Shown here: positions 54,155 to 64,000 of the stretch, piece by piece
Position numbering within the stretch: the first letter of the stretch is position 1
Layout: each line of letters starts with the position of its first letter
From: Eledone cirrhosa
Taxonomy: Eukaryota
Direction: 5' to 3'
Length of the DNA: 64,000 bases
Assembly (NCBI GenBank): GCA_964016885.1
Contig: OZ024753.1
Span: 434,001-498,000 of the forward strand
Translations under genes and position numbers: made by a program
The notes under the pieces: generated by a model
What the model saw: only the letters and a program-made list of their open reading frames with translations
Databases searched by the model: none
What the model was told of the DNA's origin: nothing

Positions 54155-56095
54155 GAGAAAACTCATCGCTAAAACAGTCGTTAAAACAACCAAAGAAAGC
54201 GATGGGTTAAAATGCCTCAGGGGACAGACCGACAATCTACGACAGGCAGATGATATATATATATATATATATATATATACGTTAAATAGCTTTGATTTTA
54301 TTTTGTAAGGATTATAATATATTAAAATGTGATTAAAAAATATCAATAAATATGTATTTATTAATAACCCTATAAATATATTAACGAGGCTGTATGGTTA
54401 GGAAGTTGTCACTGAGATAACCTAAAGTAAATTGCATTTTCTGACCATTTTAGAGTACAAAAAAACCTAAACTAATCACTATAACTAAATTGACCAAATT
54501 TGTTCCCCTTAATTCAGAAATGCTTTTACCGCCCCTGTATATATATTACCCTATTATGTGTTCCAGCTGAGAGTCTGAGGTCACACTTGGGAACCACCAT
54601 TGACGGTACACTTTCTACAGCTAGCTATCCTTGGTTGACCATTGATGCAAAAGGTGGGTTTTTTTATTTACTTTGCTTCATGCTACAGGTTCATCTGGGA
54701 TTTTGGTTAGCAGAATATTGAGATGTTTCTTGAAAACATCCCACATGCACACCATGTAGATCTCTCAGACGTTTGGGCAGCTTTATAAAAAGCTGGGGGT
54801 CCTTTGAACCCCAGGCTTTTTCAGTATATGGTCCTTATTATTGATGTGATAGATGGGACCTTTGGCACTACACAATGGCATCCTGTTCACTGGCTGTTCC
54901 AGCCCTTAATGCTCAAGTTTGTTCAGCCTCTCTCAGAAGTTCATCTCTTTCATTGAGGCAATCCTCTTGGTGTAGCTTCGTTGGATTGCAGTTAATTTGA
55001 CACTGTAGAGCGACCACAGCAGAGAGCAATGGTTCAGTTGACTGAGGACGAAAGTCCTCCAGGGTACAAACATGGTTTTCGGCCTCTTGTCCTGAAAGTT
55101 GTCAGAATCCAACCAATGAATCATCTGCATATTGCCATCATTTTGGTGACAAGTGCATGAAACGATGCATCATTGCTCATGTCAATACCCAGGGCCCCAT
55201 ATTAATTTTGACTTGAGGATTTCGATTTGTCTTTGTTGTAGTGTGTGTGCATGTGTGGTGTGTGTGTGTGTAGAAATCTCAGCAGTCACTTCATCATTCC
55301 AGTCTTTCTCTAGTATTTTATTAATGTAAACTACAACATTCATAAAACATGGAATTCTTTTAACATTTTATATCAAGTAAAAACAAATTTCATGTATACA
55401 CAAGAATTTAATCAGATTTAGTGGAAAGGAGGAGGAAAAATAAGACTATGACATTTTATTATAATATTGTTAAACAGAAAATCTTCCTTTAATTCAAGTT
55501 TACCTACCATTGCATTCATAATAATTACATCTTTTCACACATCAATAATTTTATTTTCTTGAACAGTGAATTAATATCCTTCGTATCATTTTTTAAAAAA
55601 ACCCAATGAAATAAGAGCTCTACAAAAAGTAATGAAGGGAGATAAAATACTGAAAACAATGGTGGGTCATAAAAACAAAAGCTGTAGTAGGTTTCAGTTG
55701 AAGGAAACTTGTATTAAGAATAACATTCTGATAAATAAATTTCAGTATTTAGTGAAATGTATTAAAGTAGTAGACAAGTAATTCAAATTTAATGCGGTGG
55801 GATAAAAAAAAAAGGCCATGACAGTGACAGCAGTTAAATTTTAAAATATGACAAAAGGTGGACCATTGAATGAAAGATTATGTACATTTCTTAGCCTCCA
55901 ATAAGTTTTCACTGAATTTTAAAAGACAAAAAATACTAAACAGGAAAATACAATTGTACTAAGTTTCGATCTTTTTTTTTTTTTTAAATATTCAGTCAAA
56001 AATGTTAACATTCTAAGGCACTGGCAGAAGTCTGCAATACAGAACTGACATAAGATGAACTTTATTTTAAACTAACATAAAATAATTACAGAAGA

Positions 56096-56146
56096 TTAGA
56101 ACAATGTCTCCTTTCTAGCCATTGCCTGTAAATAGCTTCCACATTT
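56096..56146 (-). CDS. Possible terminal coding exon of the BTBD8-like gene
   Basis: atgtttacag acceptor; phase-0 reading KCGSYLQAMARKETLF*, followed by AT-rich UTR-like sequence. No homology support. Confidence 0.3.
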   Translation of the reverse strand, partial: KCGSYLQAMARKETLF

Positions 56147-56249
56147 CTGTAAACATAAATTAGTTTCTTTTATCTTTTTATTTCATACCATTTTCAACAA
56201 CATTAACCTCTCAGGGACAGTTATACGAAAACCTACTTGTCACCTGAAA

Positions 56250-56612
56250 AATAATGATTTCTATTTTAGGCACCAGGCCAATAATTTGAGGGGAGGGGAA
56301 AGTCGATTAAATCGATCCCAGTGCATTACTGGTACTTTATTTTATCGACCCCGTAAGGATGAAAGGCAAAGTTAACCTCGGCGGGATTTGATCTCAGAAC
56401 GTAAATCGCTGTAACTATGCTGGAAAGCATGTTGTCCAACGCTCTACCAATATTGCCAATCCACCTGAAAATAATGGTTTCTGATTTAGGCACAAGGCCA
56501 ACAATTTTGGGGGGAGGAAAAAGTCGATTAAATCGACCCCAGTGTATTACTGATACTTTATTTATCAACCCCTTAAGGATGAAAGGCAAAGCTAACCTCA
56601 CCTGAAAATAAT
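56250..56612 (-). mobile_element. Tandem SINE copies
   Basis: Reverse complement of the major SINE, with CACCTGAAAATAATG-like repeats at the junctions (~56241, 56462, 56599). Confidence 0.8.
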
Positions 56613-58238
56613 GACTCAAAAACTTGATAGCTATTTTTGTATAATAGATATGTCAAAGTGTGATATATTCAGTTTCTGAATAGAGTTAGTGCCAAAATAT
56701 CAACAAATAAACAATGAATTTGTGATGTACCCTTGGGTAAAGCATTTCACAATGAACGCAGCTTAAAGTCAAATTTTCCCTGTATATATTGCAGTGATCT
56801 TATCTGGATCATAATAATAATGAGGCAAGATCAAGGATTCTGACACTGGTGAAATGTTTAATTTCCTTAAATCTCCACAAACTTATATGTACACATACAT
56901 ATATACATCGCATTGAGTTTTCAGGCACAAAGGTTTCTGAACTTAGGCTGACATCTTGAAAATCTATTGTGGTAGTCCCACAAGTAGGTTTACAAAAAAA
57001 AATTAAATCACAGCATTAGAAAATGTGACTAGGGTAAATAATTTCTGAAATACAATTTAAAAAGAAAAAAAAAAATTTTAACTTTCTTAGATTTCAAATA
57101 TGAACGAAAAATAATATTGACTAATTTCAACTATATTGAAATGTTTATACCATCATAAGTTTTTATATTTCTGATTGGGTTGCTAACAAAGTTGTTAGAA
57201 TTTTATATAATTTTAGACAGACTCAAGCCTAACTCGTTTTTATTAAAATATTGTACTTTTTTTTTAAATCTGAGGTTTATATAATTTCTCAAGCAAAATC
57301 TAAAACAATTTGCTTAGTCTAAATTTTGAATAATCTGTTTAACTAAATGCATGCCCTCATGTGCTGCAAGCAGCGCGTTGAGCCAGTGCTTATCCCAGTT
57401 TCATGTGATGAAATGACTGAGTGTACAAGACTTCCCCCTGGACAGGATGCCAGTCCATCACAGGGTTAAACCCCCAGCTATTGCTGGTACTCATTTTCAG
57501 CTGAGTATACTGGAGCAACGTGAAATGAAGTGTTTTGCTCAAGAACACAACACGCAACCCAGCTCAGTAATCAAACCCATGACATTATGATCGAAAGTCC
57601 AACACCTTACCACTAGACCACATGCCTTCACATTTAACCTAATAGTAAAGATTAATTTACCTTAACAAAGGTGTACAGTTGAACATGTTGCATGCAATGG
57701 CATAGCAAGGATTCTCAACACCAGGGGACAAAGATTTTACATCCTCACCTCAATTAACAGGCATAATAGACCAGAAGAAATTTATTCCTCTTCATATCTG
57801 CATCTGGGAATAGAGGAATGATTAATTCCCTTGTTACACCTCTGGTAGAAATCATCTTAGAAATCATCACACTAGTTGATGGATGATGCAGGGAGGGAGT
57901 TATTCAAGATTGAAAATTACTTTAGGTAAACATAAATTCAGGGAAATTAAAATAAGGGAATATAAAAATAATCATTTTATATCTTTGAATATTAGTATGA
58001 CTAAAAATGTCCCCAAAATAGCTTTCTGCAATTTTAACTTATTTACTATGAGAATCTAGAAAGTGGTGGTAATACTTCTGTATTTTAGCTACTTGTTAAA
58101 AGAAAATACATTCTTGCACAAAACAATTTATAGTTTTAAAGGAGTTCTGTAAGTCATGAATTAAAAAAAAAAAAAAAAATCACATTAAATAATGAAATGA
58201 AAATGATAGCAAGTTCCATTCATGAATAACTATACAAT

Positions 58239-58454
58239 TTAACCCTTTAGCATTTAAACCAGCCATATCCAGCCAGAATTCTCTCACCTCTTTCTATTCA
58301 AACTAGCTGTAACTAGCCATTCATACTGATGTTAAGGTACTGTTCCCAAAATAAATAATATCAAAATCTCATAGATTCGATATTATGTGAGATAAAGCCT
58401 TTATCGTGAAAATACAATAATATATATAGAGTAATGTAAATGCTAAAGGGTTAA
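58239..58454. mobile_element. TTAA MITE in the BTBD8-like gene region
   Basis: TTAA-CCCTTTAGCATTTA...TAAATGCTAAAGGG-TTAA. Confidence 0.88.
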
Positions 58455-59095
58455 AAAGAAACAATGTTGATATTTGGAAGACAAATTATGACTAAGAACT
58501 GAAAAAAAAAAATGACATATAACTATATCGGTGCACAACACAGGGTATATATCTACATGACCTTTAAGGGAGCTTATGCATGAGCAATTCTGAACATCTT
58601 AGCTGATACAGCTGACACTGTAGTCTCCAGTGGAGTATGTAAGACAATGGTAAGCTAAGTTAAATTAATCAATCATCTTAGCAAGTATTGAATGTATATT
58701 GATTAGATAATAGTATCTTCAACTGATCAGAAGCTTAGCATGATTAATATCTGATGTGCAAAGCTGCAGATTAATAAGAAAACTTCCGTTTAGATCAGAG
58801 AATGTGAGATCTGATGCATAGAATATTTTTTGTATCCACTAAGAAATATTTTATATCAAAAGCTAGATCAGAAAAGATGATAAATGAATCAAATATTTTT
58901 GGTGTCAACATATTTTTTTCTTTGTTGTTTCATGTCATAATACAAAGATATTTAATTTAAGTCAAATAAAACCACATTACAGGTCTCAGAACCTTAAAGA
59001 TTTACTGGTTTGTGGAAATTAACTTTAAATATAGGAATAATGTCTATACAAGTATTGCTATTTTGACAGATGAAATAAGGATAACTAATCTTAAC

Positions 59096-59593
59096 CTTTT
59101 GCAAGATTCTTTCTTCCATTAGGCCAATAGAATTGCTCCTCAGTTTTAACTGTAGCAGTTTAGCTTCTTCAGTAATAAGCTCACCAAAACTATTGTTTCT
59201 TTTCAGTAGATTTATATTTTGCTTCCGATTAGCTATAGGCCATTTTGGAGGTTCATCTTCTACAGAATTATCACATACTATAGACACTGTAAGTACTTCA
59301 TCTTCAGGATCTACAGTTGGAACCATGGTAATTTTTGTTGGTACTTTTGACGGTCTTCCTTTTCTGTGGCTGTCACTGTGCACAGGAACTTTCCTTGCTT
59401 CTCTACCTTTGGCAGGTGATCCACGAGGTGTAGGAATTCGGGACTGTGTTGGAGACCCAGGCTGAGTAACTGTGCTTTTTATGGATTTCTGATTTTTAGG
59501 GGAACCTTTTGTAGTTGTTACATTTTCTGATCCAGACAACATATAAGTCCCATCTTCTTTCAACATTTTTATCATTTCAGCTCCAGTTCTTCT
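59096..59593 (-). CDS. BTBD8: BTBD8-like exon, low-complexity S/P/K-rich region
   Basis: ttttcag acceptor, GTTAAG donor, phase 0/0. 166 open codons, RRTGAEMIKMLKED...EERILQK. Confidence 0.78.
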
Positions 59594-60020
59594 CTGAAAA
59601 TATAAAGAAATAAAGTAAGTATTGAATTATTTGAAATTTTTTTTTTTTATATAAGCCAAGCTATATACTATATGTGTATATAATCACATATTACACTTTG
59701 TAATAATTTAATGGTTTTTTGGAAGGAAGCAATGAACTGACAATTCAGTTTCCATCTTCATTCATATGAAATCTCAACACCTCTTGTTAAATTTATACAT
59801 ACACTATAAATAGAAACCTATAAATTACTTTATAATCAGTGTTTAACACCAAACTCATTCACTTGTATGAATACATTGACATTATAAGTATTTAGAAGAC
59901 ACTATAAGCATCGTAATACTTAGCCCAAAACCTTAACCACTCAAAATAGTAAATATAAATTAAATATCACACAATTTTTTAACAAATGTTTGTAAAAAAG
60001 AATATAAATGGAATCTTTAC

Positions 60021-60091
60021 CTTCTGCATGCTGGTCAATTTAGGTGGCATTTTACCACGGTTGCTGTTATCAATACATACATAGTAGGCAG
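60021..60091 (-). CDS. BTBD8: BTBD8-like internal exon
   Basis: ttcatacag acceptor, GTAAAG donor, phase 1/0. (S)AYYVCIDNSNRGKMPPKLTSMQK continues the frame. Confidence 0.75.
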
Positions 60092-60780
60092 CTGTATGAA
60101 AGAAACAATTCAGTTATTTTACAAAGATCAAGTTTTTTTTAGTTATAGATGTATTGTGTATCACATACAAAAGAGAGAACAGCAGATTTCTTACAGAGAG
60201 AGGAAGAATTGACACCAGTACTAGACTGGTACTTTTTTATCAACCTCGAAAAGATGAAAGGCAAAATTGACCTCGGTGGGATTTGAACTGAGAGAGTAGA
60301 GAGCCAGAACGAATACCATAAAGCATTCTATCGACTCTGCCAATATATATATATATATATATATGTAAGTTTCTTTATGCTCTAAAAGAATTGAGAATTT
60401 TGTAACACTAAATATTTTCATCATTTGTTGAAACAATCATTTAAAGACAGTGAAATATTGCTTAGTTTACAACTACAGCCTATTTAGTGCAAAGCATATG
60501 AATTGTATTCACAAACTATAATAATATGCTATATGTAGGTTGGTTATCAGAAGTATTTTTGAGTTATGTTCCAAACATCTGTTTGATAATGAGAAAGTTT
60601 TATTACTAAATTCTTTCAAACTAATTATTTTCAAAATTAATTACAAATCATAAGGTAAAGTCTTGCATTAGTAATATAATGAGAAGATTAAATTTAGGTT
60701 TTTGAAAAAGGTGTCTTGCTTTCAGAAGATACTTGTATAAATTGGTTTATAATTCAAAACATTCTACAGTTATGAACAGA

Positions 60781-61202
60781 TTAACCCTTTAGCATTTACA
60801 TTATATATACTATTGTATATTCGCAGTAAAGGCTTTACTTCACATAAATATCTCACAATATTGAATCTATGAATGAAATTTTGATATCATTTATTTGGAG
60901 AACAATACCTTAATGTTGGATGAGCAGGCGGTTACGGCTGGTTTGAACAGAAAGAGCTGAGAGAATTCTGGTTGGATACAGCTGGCTTAAATGCTACAGG
61001 GTTAAACCAGCCATATCCAGCCAGAATTTTCTCACCTCTTTCTGTTCAAGCTGGCCATAATTGGCAGCTTATGCCGATGTTTAGGTATTGTTCTCAAAAT
61101 AAATAATATCAAAATCTCATAGATTCGATATTATGTGAGGTAAAGCCTTTACCGCGAATATACAATAGTATATATAGGGTAATGTAAATGCTAAAGGGTT
61201 AA
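60781..61202. mobile_element. Inverted dimer of the TTAA MITE
   Basis: 60781-61005 and 61002-61202 are opposite-orientation copies joined at one TTAA. Confidence 0.85.
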
Positions 61203-61220
61203 AAAAGACAAATAACTCAC

Positions 61221-61350
61221 ATGTCATGATTTTCTTTTGCATGTCATCTGTAAGTAAATCCCAGTCTTTACAGTGAGCTACCTGGTGAATATGTAGCTTT
61301 AAGTAATCTTCACTCTTCTTAAATAATGACTGGATAAACGTGATAAAATC
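61221..61350 (-). CDS. BTBD8: BTBD8-like internal exon
   Basis: ttttcag acceptor, GTGAG donor, phase 0/1, open frame DFITFIQSLFKKSEDYLKLHIHQVAHCKDWDLLTDDMQKKIMT (cf. recalled BTBD8 ...AVRHTESWKLMSTDDQQKI). Confidence 0.78.
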
Positions 61351-61871
61351 CTGAAAAGAGTTTTAAAAAAAGTGGTTAAAAGACAATTTCTAAAACTAAA
61401 TAATAGGCTGTTAATAATAATAGTCCAAAGTATACTAAGTCTAAGTCTAAAGTCTGTCTTAAGCCATTTAAGGTGCATTAGGCTGGTACTTATGCCAGTT
61501 TCTTGGTGATACATCTAAACTAACCAAATGTTCATATATTTCTGCTATAAGAAAAACACAGACATTTTATTTTTCTGGATTATTTTTCAATTCATTAACT
61601 TCACTACTCTACAGAGAGTAAATGTTAAGATTATTGGAATTTTATTACATGAAATAATATTCCATCTAAAACAAAAAAACGTGAAACAACAAAATGATTT
61701 GAAATCAGAAATAATGAATACTGAATTACAGAGTATTGAATTTATACATTTACTTTCATCATTCACAAATCAAAGTTTTGAGAAAATCACAGATTCATTC
61801 ATTGTGTCTTAATGGTGTGTGGGTGTGTGTGTGTGTGTGTGAGAGTGTGAGTGTGTGTGTGTATATATATA

Positions 61872-62058
61872 TAGGAAAAGGTATGACCCCGACGGCAGAG
61901 CTCAAGCCGTTTCGACGGCTATTTTTGAGTCCAGAAATAGCCATCGAAACGGCTTGAGCTCTGCCGTCGGGGTCATACATTTTCCTATTACCCACTCTAC
62001 TACCCTAAGTATTGAGTACTCTGGTGCGTCTGGTTCCTTACCACAATTCCTTCATTAT
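61872..62058 (+). mobile_element. Family B pLTR fragment with 5' fold-back inversion
   Basis: TAGGAAAA..GACCCCGACGGC..TTTCGACGGCTATTTTTG-AGTC-CAGAAATAGCCATCGAAACGGC..GGGGTC..TTTTCCTA; lies in (TA)n. Confidence 0.72.
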
Positions 62059-62521
62059 ATATATAATAAATGGAAAATATCTTTACAAAACCAAGTCAGA
62101 AAACAGCACAACTCCCATCAGAAACATTTTTTCACGCTCAGAGTTGCTGAAGCATGGAACAAAATACCTGCATCAGTTGTTAGCTGTCGAGACACTGCAT
62201 CCTTTAAAACCTCCATACTTCCTGAGATTCGCCAACACTACACCTAATGTTCCCCCACCATACACATGCACACATGTATATCTTGACTCATACACTATTC
62301 ACTTCCCTGACATTTGTATATTATTCTATGTACTATACATGCAATTTGACAAATTGTAGTGCACCTGAGCACTGTACACAATAATTTCATTCATTCATAT
62401 TTATTTTATTATACGTATTTCAAGGGTACTTATTGGTATAAGCACAATGAAGACTATCTTCATTGTGCTTATATCAATAAGTTCACATGAAGATATGTCA
62501 CTATCTTAACACCAAATATAG

Positions 62522-62576
62522 TTTATCTGACGAAAGCGTACTTAAATATTAGTATCCTTGAAATACGTATAATAAA
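62522..62576 (+). ncRNA. Minimal type I hammerhead ribozyme motif (family A), antisense in a BTBD8 intron
   Basis: TTTAT-CTGACGA-AAGCGTACT..AGTATCCTT-GAAA-TACGTA-TA-ATAAA. An inverted 3' half lies at 62402-62430. Confidence 0.8.
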
Positions 62577-62711
62577 ATATGGTTTTGTAAAGATATTTTC
62601 CATTTATTAATATTGTTAATATTAATGATACTCCAGATAAATACTGTAGAGTGCTTCTAATCTGTTGTAAAATTAACTTTGTTGAATAATCAACAAACCA
62701 TATAACTCATT

Positions 62712-62772
<61 letters not shown>

Positions 62773-63338
62773 GATAAATCTACCAAGAGTTTACGGTAGT
62801 GTCCAATCCGTATGAAGAACTTATATATATATATATATATATAGCGTGGAAGATGGATGTTAAACGATGATGATGATGATGGTAGTAATAATAATTATGA
62901 AGACTAAAATCCGAAGAAGGCTCGATAAGGATTATAGATAATATGTATAAAAAAAAATTATATATATACACACGCACACATGTATATCATAACTCATCCA
63001 CTTTTCATTTTCCTGACATTTGTACATTATTCTATGATCTATATGTGCACCTTTGATTAGTTGTAGTTGATCTTCTTGAGAAGATCCTGTAAAAGGGTGA
63101 AAGCAATTCTTTGCTTAAACTTTAATCTGTACAAATAATAAATAAATATATATATTCAATGTGCATTACAAGCTGATGTGTACTATTATTTTCATAGAAG
63201 TGCCCCAGCATGAGCATAGCTCAGTTGAAAACAGTAACAAGGAAATGCCTATCTCTTTCTTTTCACACTGACACACACAGACACATGCACACACAGTCAC
63301 AGAGTCACACACACACACACACACAATGCTGTACATAC

Positions 63339-63482
63339 CTCAGTCCAAACACAATTTGGATCTTCAGCATGAGCAACAAGTCTGCTCAGTGACAGGTAAG
63401 TCTGGCAGGCTTTCTCCATGGGCAGAGATTTTATAACCATAGTAAATACTTCATCCAAAAGAGACATACTCCATGCCATTAT
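63339..63482 (-). CDS. BTBD8: BTBD8 (APache/KIAA1107)-like internal exon; upstream exons lie beyond the window
   Basis: CAG acceptor, GTATGT donor, phase 0/0. IMAWSMSLLDEVFTMVIKSLPMEKACQTYLSLSRLV...WTE resembles the recalled BTBD8 segment (LLEEIFKAIEENITTENSC...). Confidence 0.75.
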
Positions 63483-63551
63483 CTGGTTTTAATAAAAACA
63501 AAAGAGTAAAGAAAAGAAAAAGTACACAGATTACAATGTTCTTAATATTGT

Positions 63552-63752
63552 TTAACCTTTTAACATTTACATTACTCTATATATACTATTGTATTTTCTT
63601 GTAAAAGCTTCATCTCATAATTATCTCACATAATATTGAATCCATGAGATTTTGATAACAATACCTTAACATAAGTATGAGCAGCTGGTTTGAACAGAAA
63701 GAGGTGAGAGAATTCTGGCCAAATATGGCCGGTTTAAATTCTAAAGGGTTAA
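63552..63752. mobile_element. TTAA MITE in a BTBD8 intron
   Basis: TTAA-bounded, same body; opposite orientation to 61002-61202. Confidence 0.82.
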
Positions 63753-64000
63753 TCTTATTTTTAAAAAAAAGAAACAATTTAATTTCACCTTTATTTAACC
63801 TCATATCTACATCAGAAAAGAGAAGTACAGATCAGGGTGAGAGTGTAGTTGATTAAATTGACTCCAGACTAAGGAATACTCTCAAACACAAGTTGTCTCC
63901 ATTTAACGACTTCACAACGTGTAGTGAATACATTTTATTATGGCACCAGCACTAGAGGCTGCCTGCCTACTGCAAGTTTAAACAGACCTCTCCCTGCTAT

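Noticed and set aside
57661-57803. Candidate BTBD8 exon with plausible splice sites
   Set aside because: Stops occur early in all three frames; it could only be a 3-codon terminal or non-coding exon, and nothing supports that.

Overview
AT-rich, intron-containing animal genomic DNA dense in (TA)n/(CA)n/(GA)n microsatellites, SINEs and LINE fragments; the repeat spectrum suggests an octopus/coleoid cephalopod (inference). It holds two convergent protein-coding genes. On + is a four-exon KLF10/11 (TIEG/cabut)-like Kruppel factor (~37.8-43.7 kb) with a GC-box/CRE/E-box promoter. On - is the 3' part of a BTBD8 (APache)-like gene (four clear exons, 59.1-63.5 kb). Most ORFs in the supplied track are microsatellite artefacts. 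The most notable non-genic signal is a set of short elements carrying type I hammerhead ribozyme motifs, embedded in (TA)n tracts and resembling Penelope pLTRs or retrozymes. Family A has five full cores whose 6-nt stem III changes sequence but stays self-complementary, and a sixth similar motif lies at 18.1 kb. In family B, most copies are fold-back inversions pivoting on ribozyme stem II. Separately, a TTAA MITE occurs only in introns and brackets exon blocks of both genes in inverted orientation. All calls were made by eye; no searches or folding programs were run.
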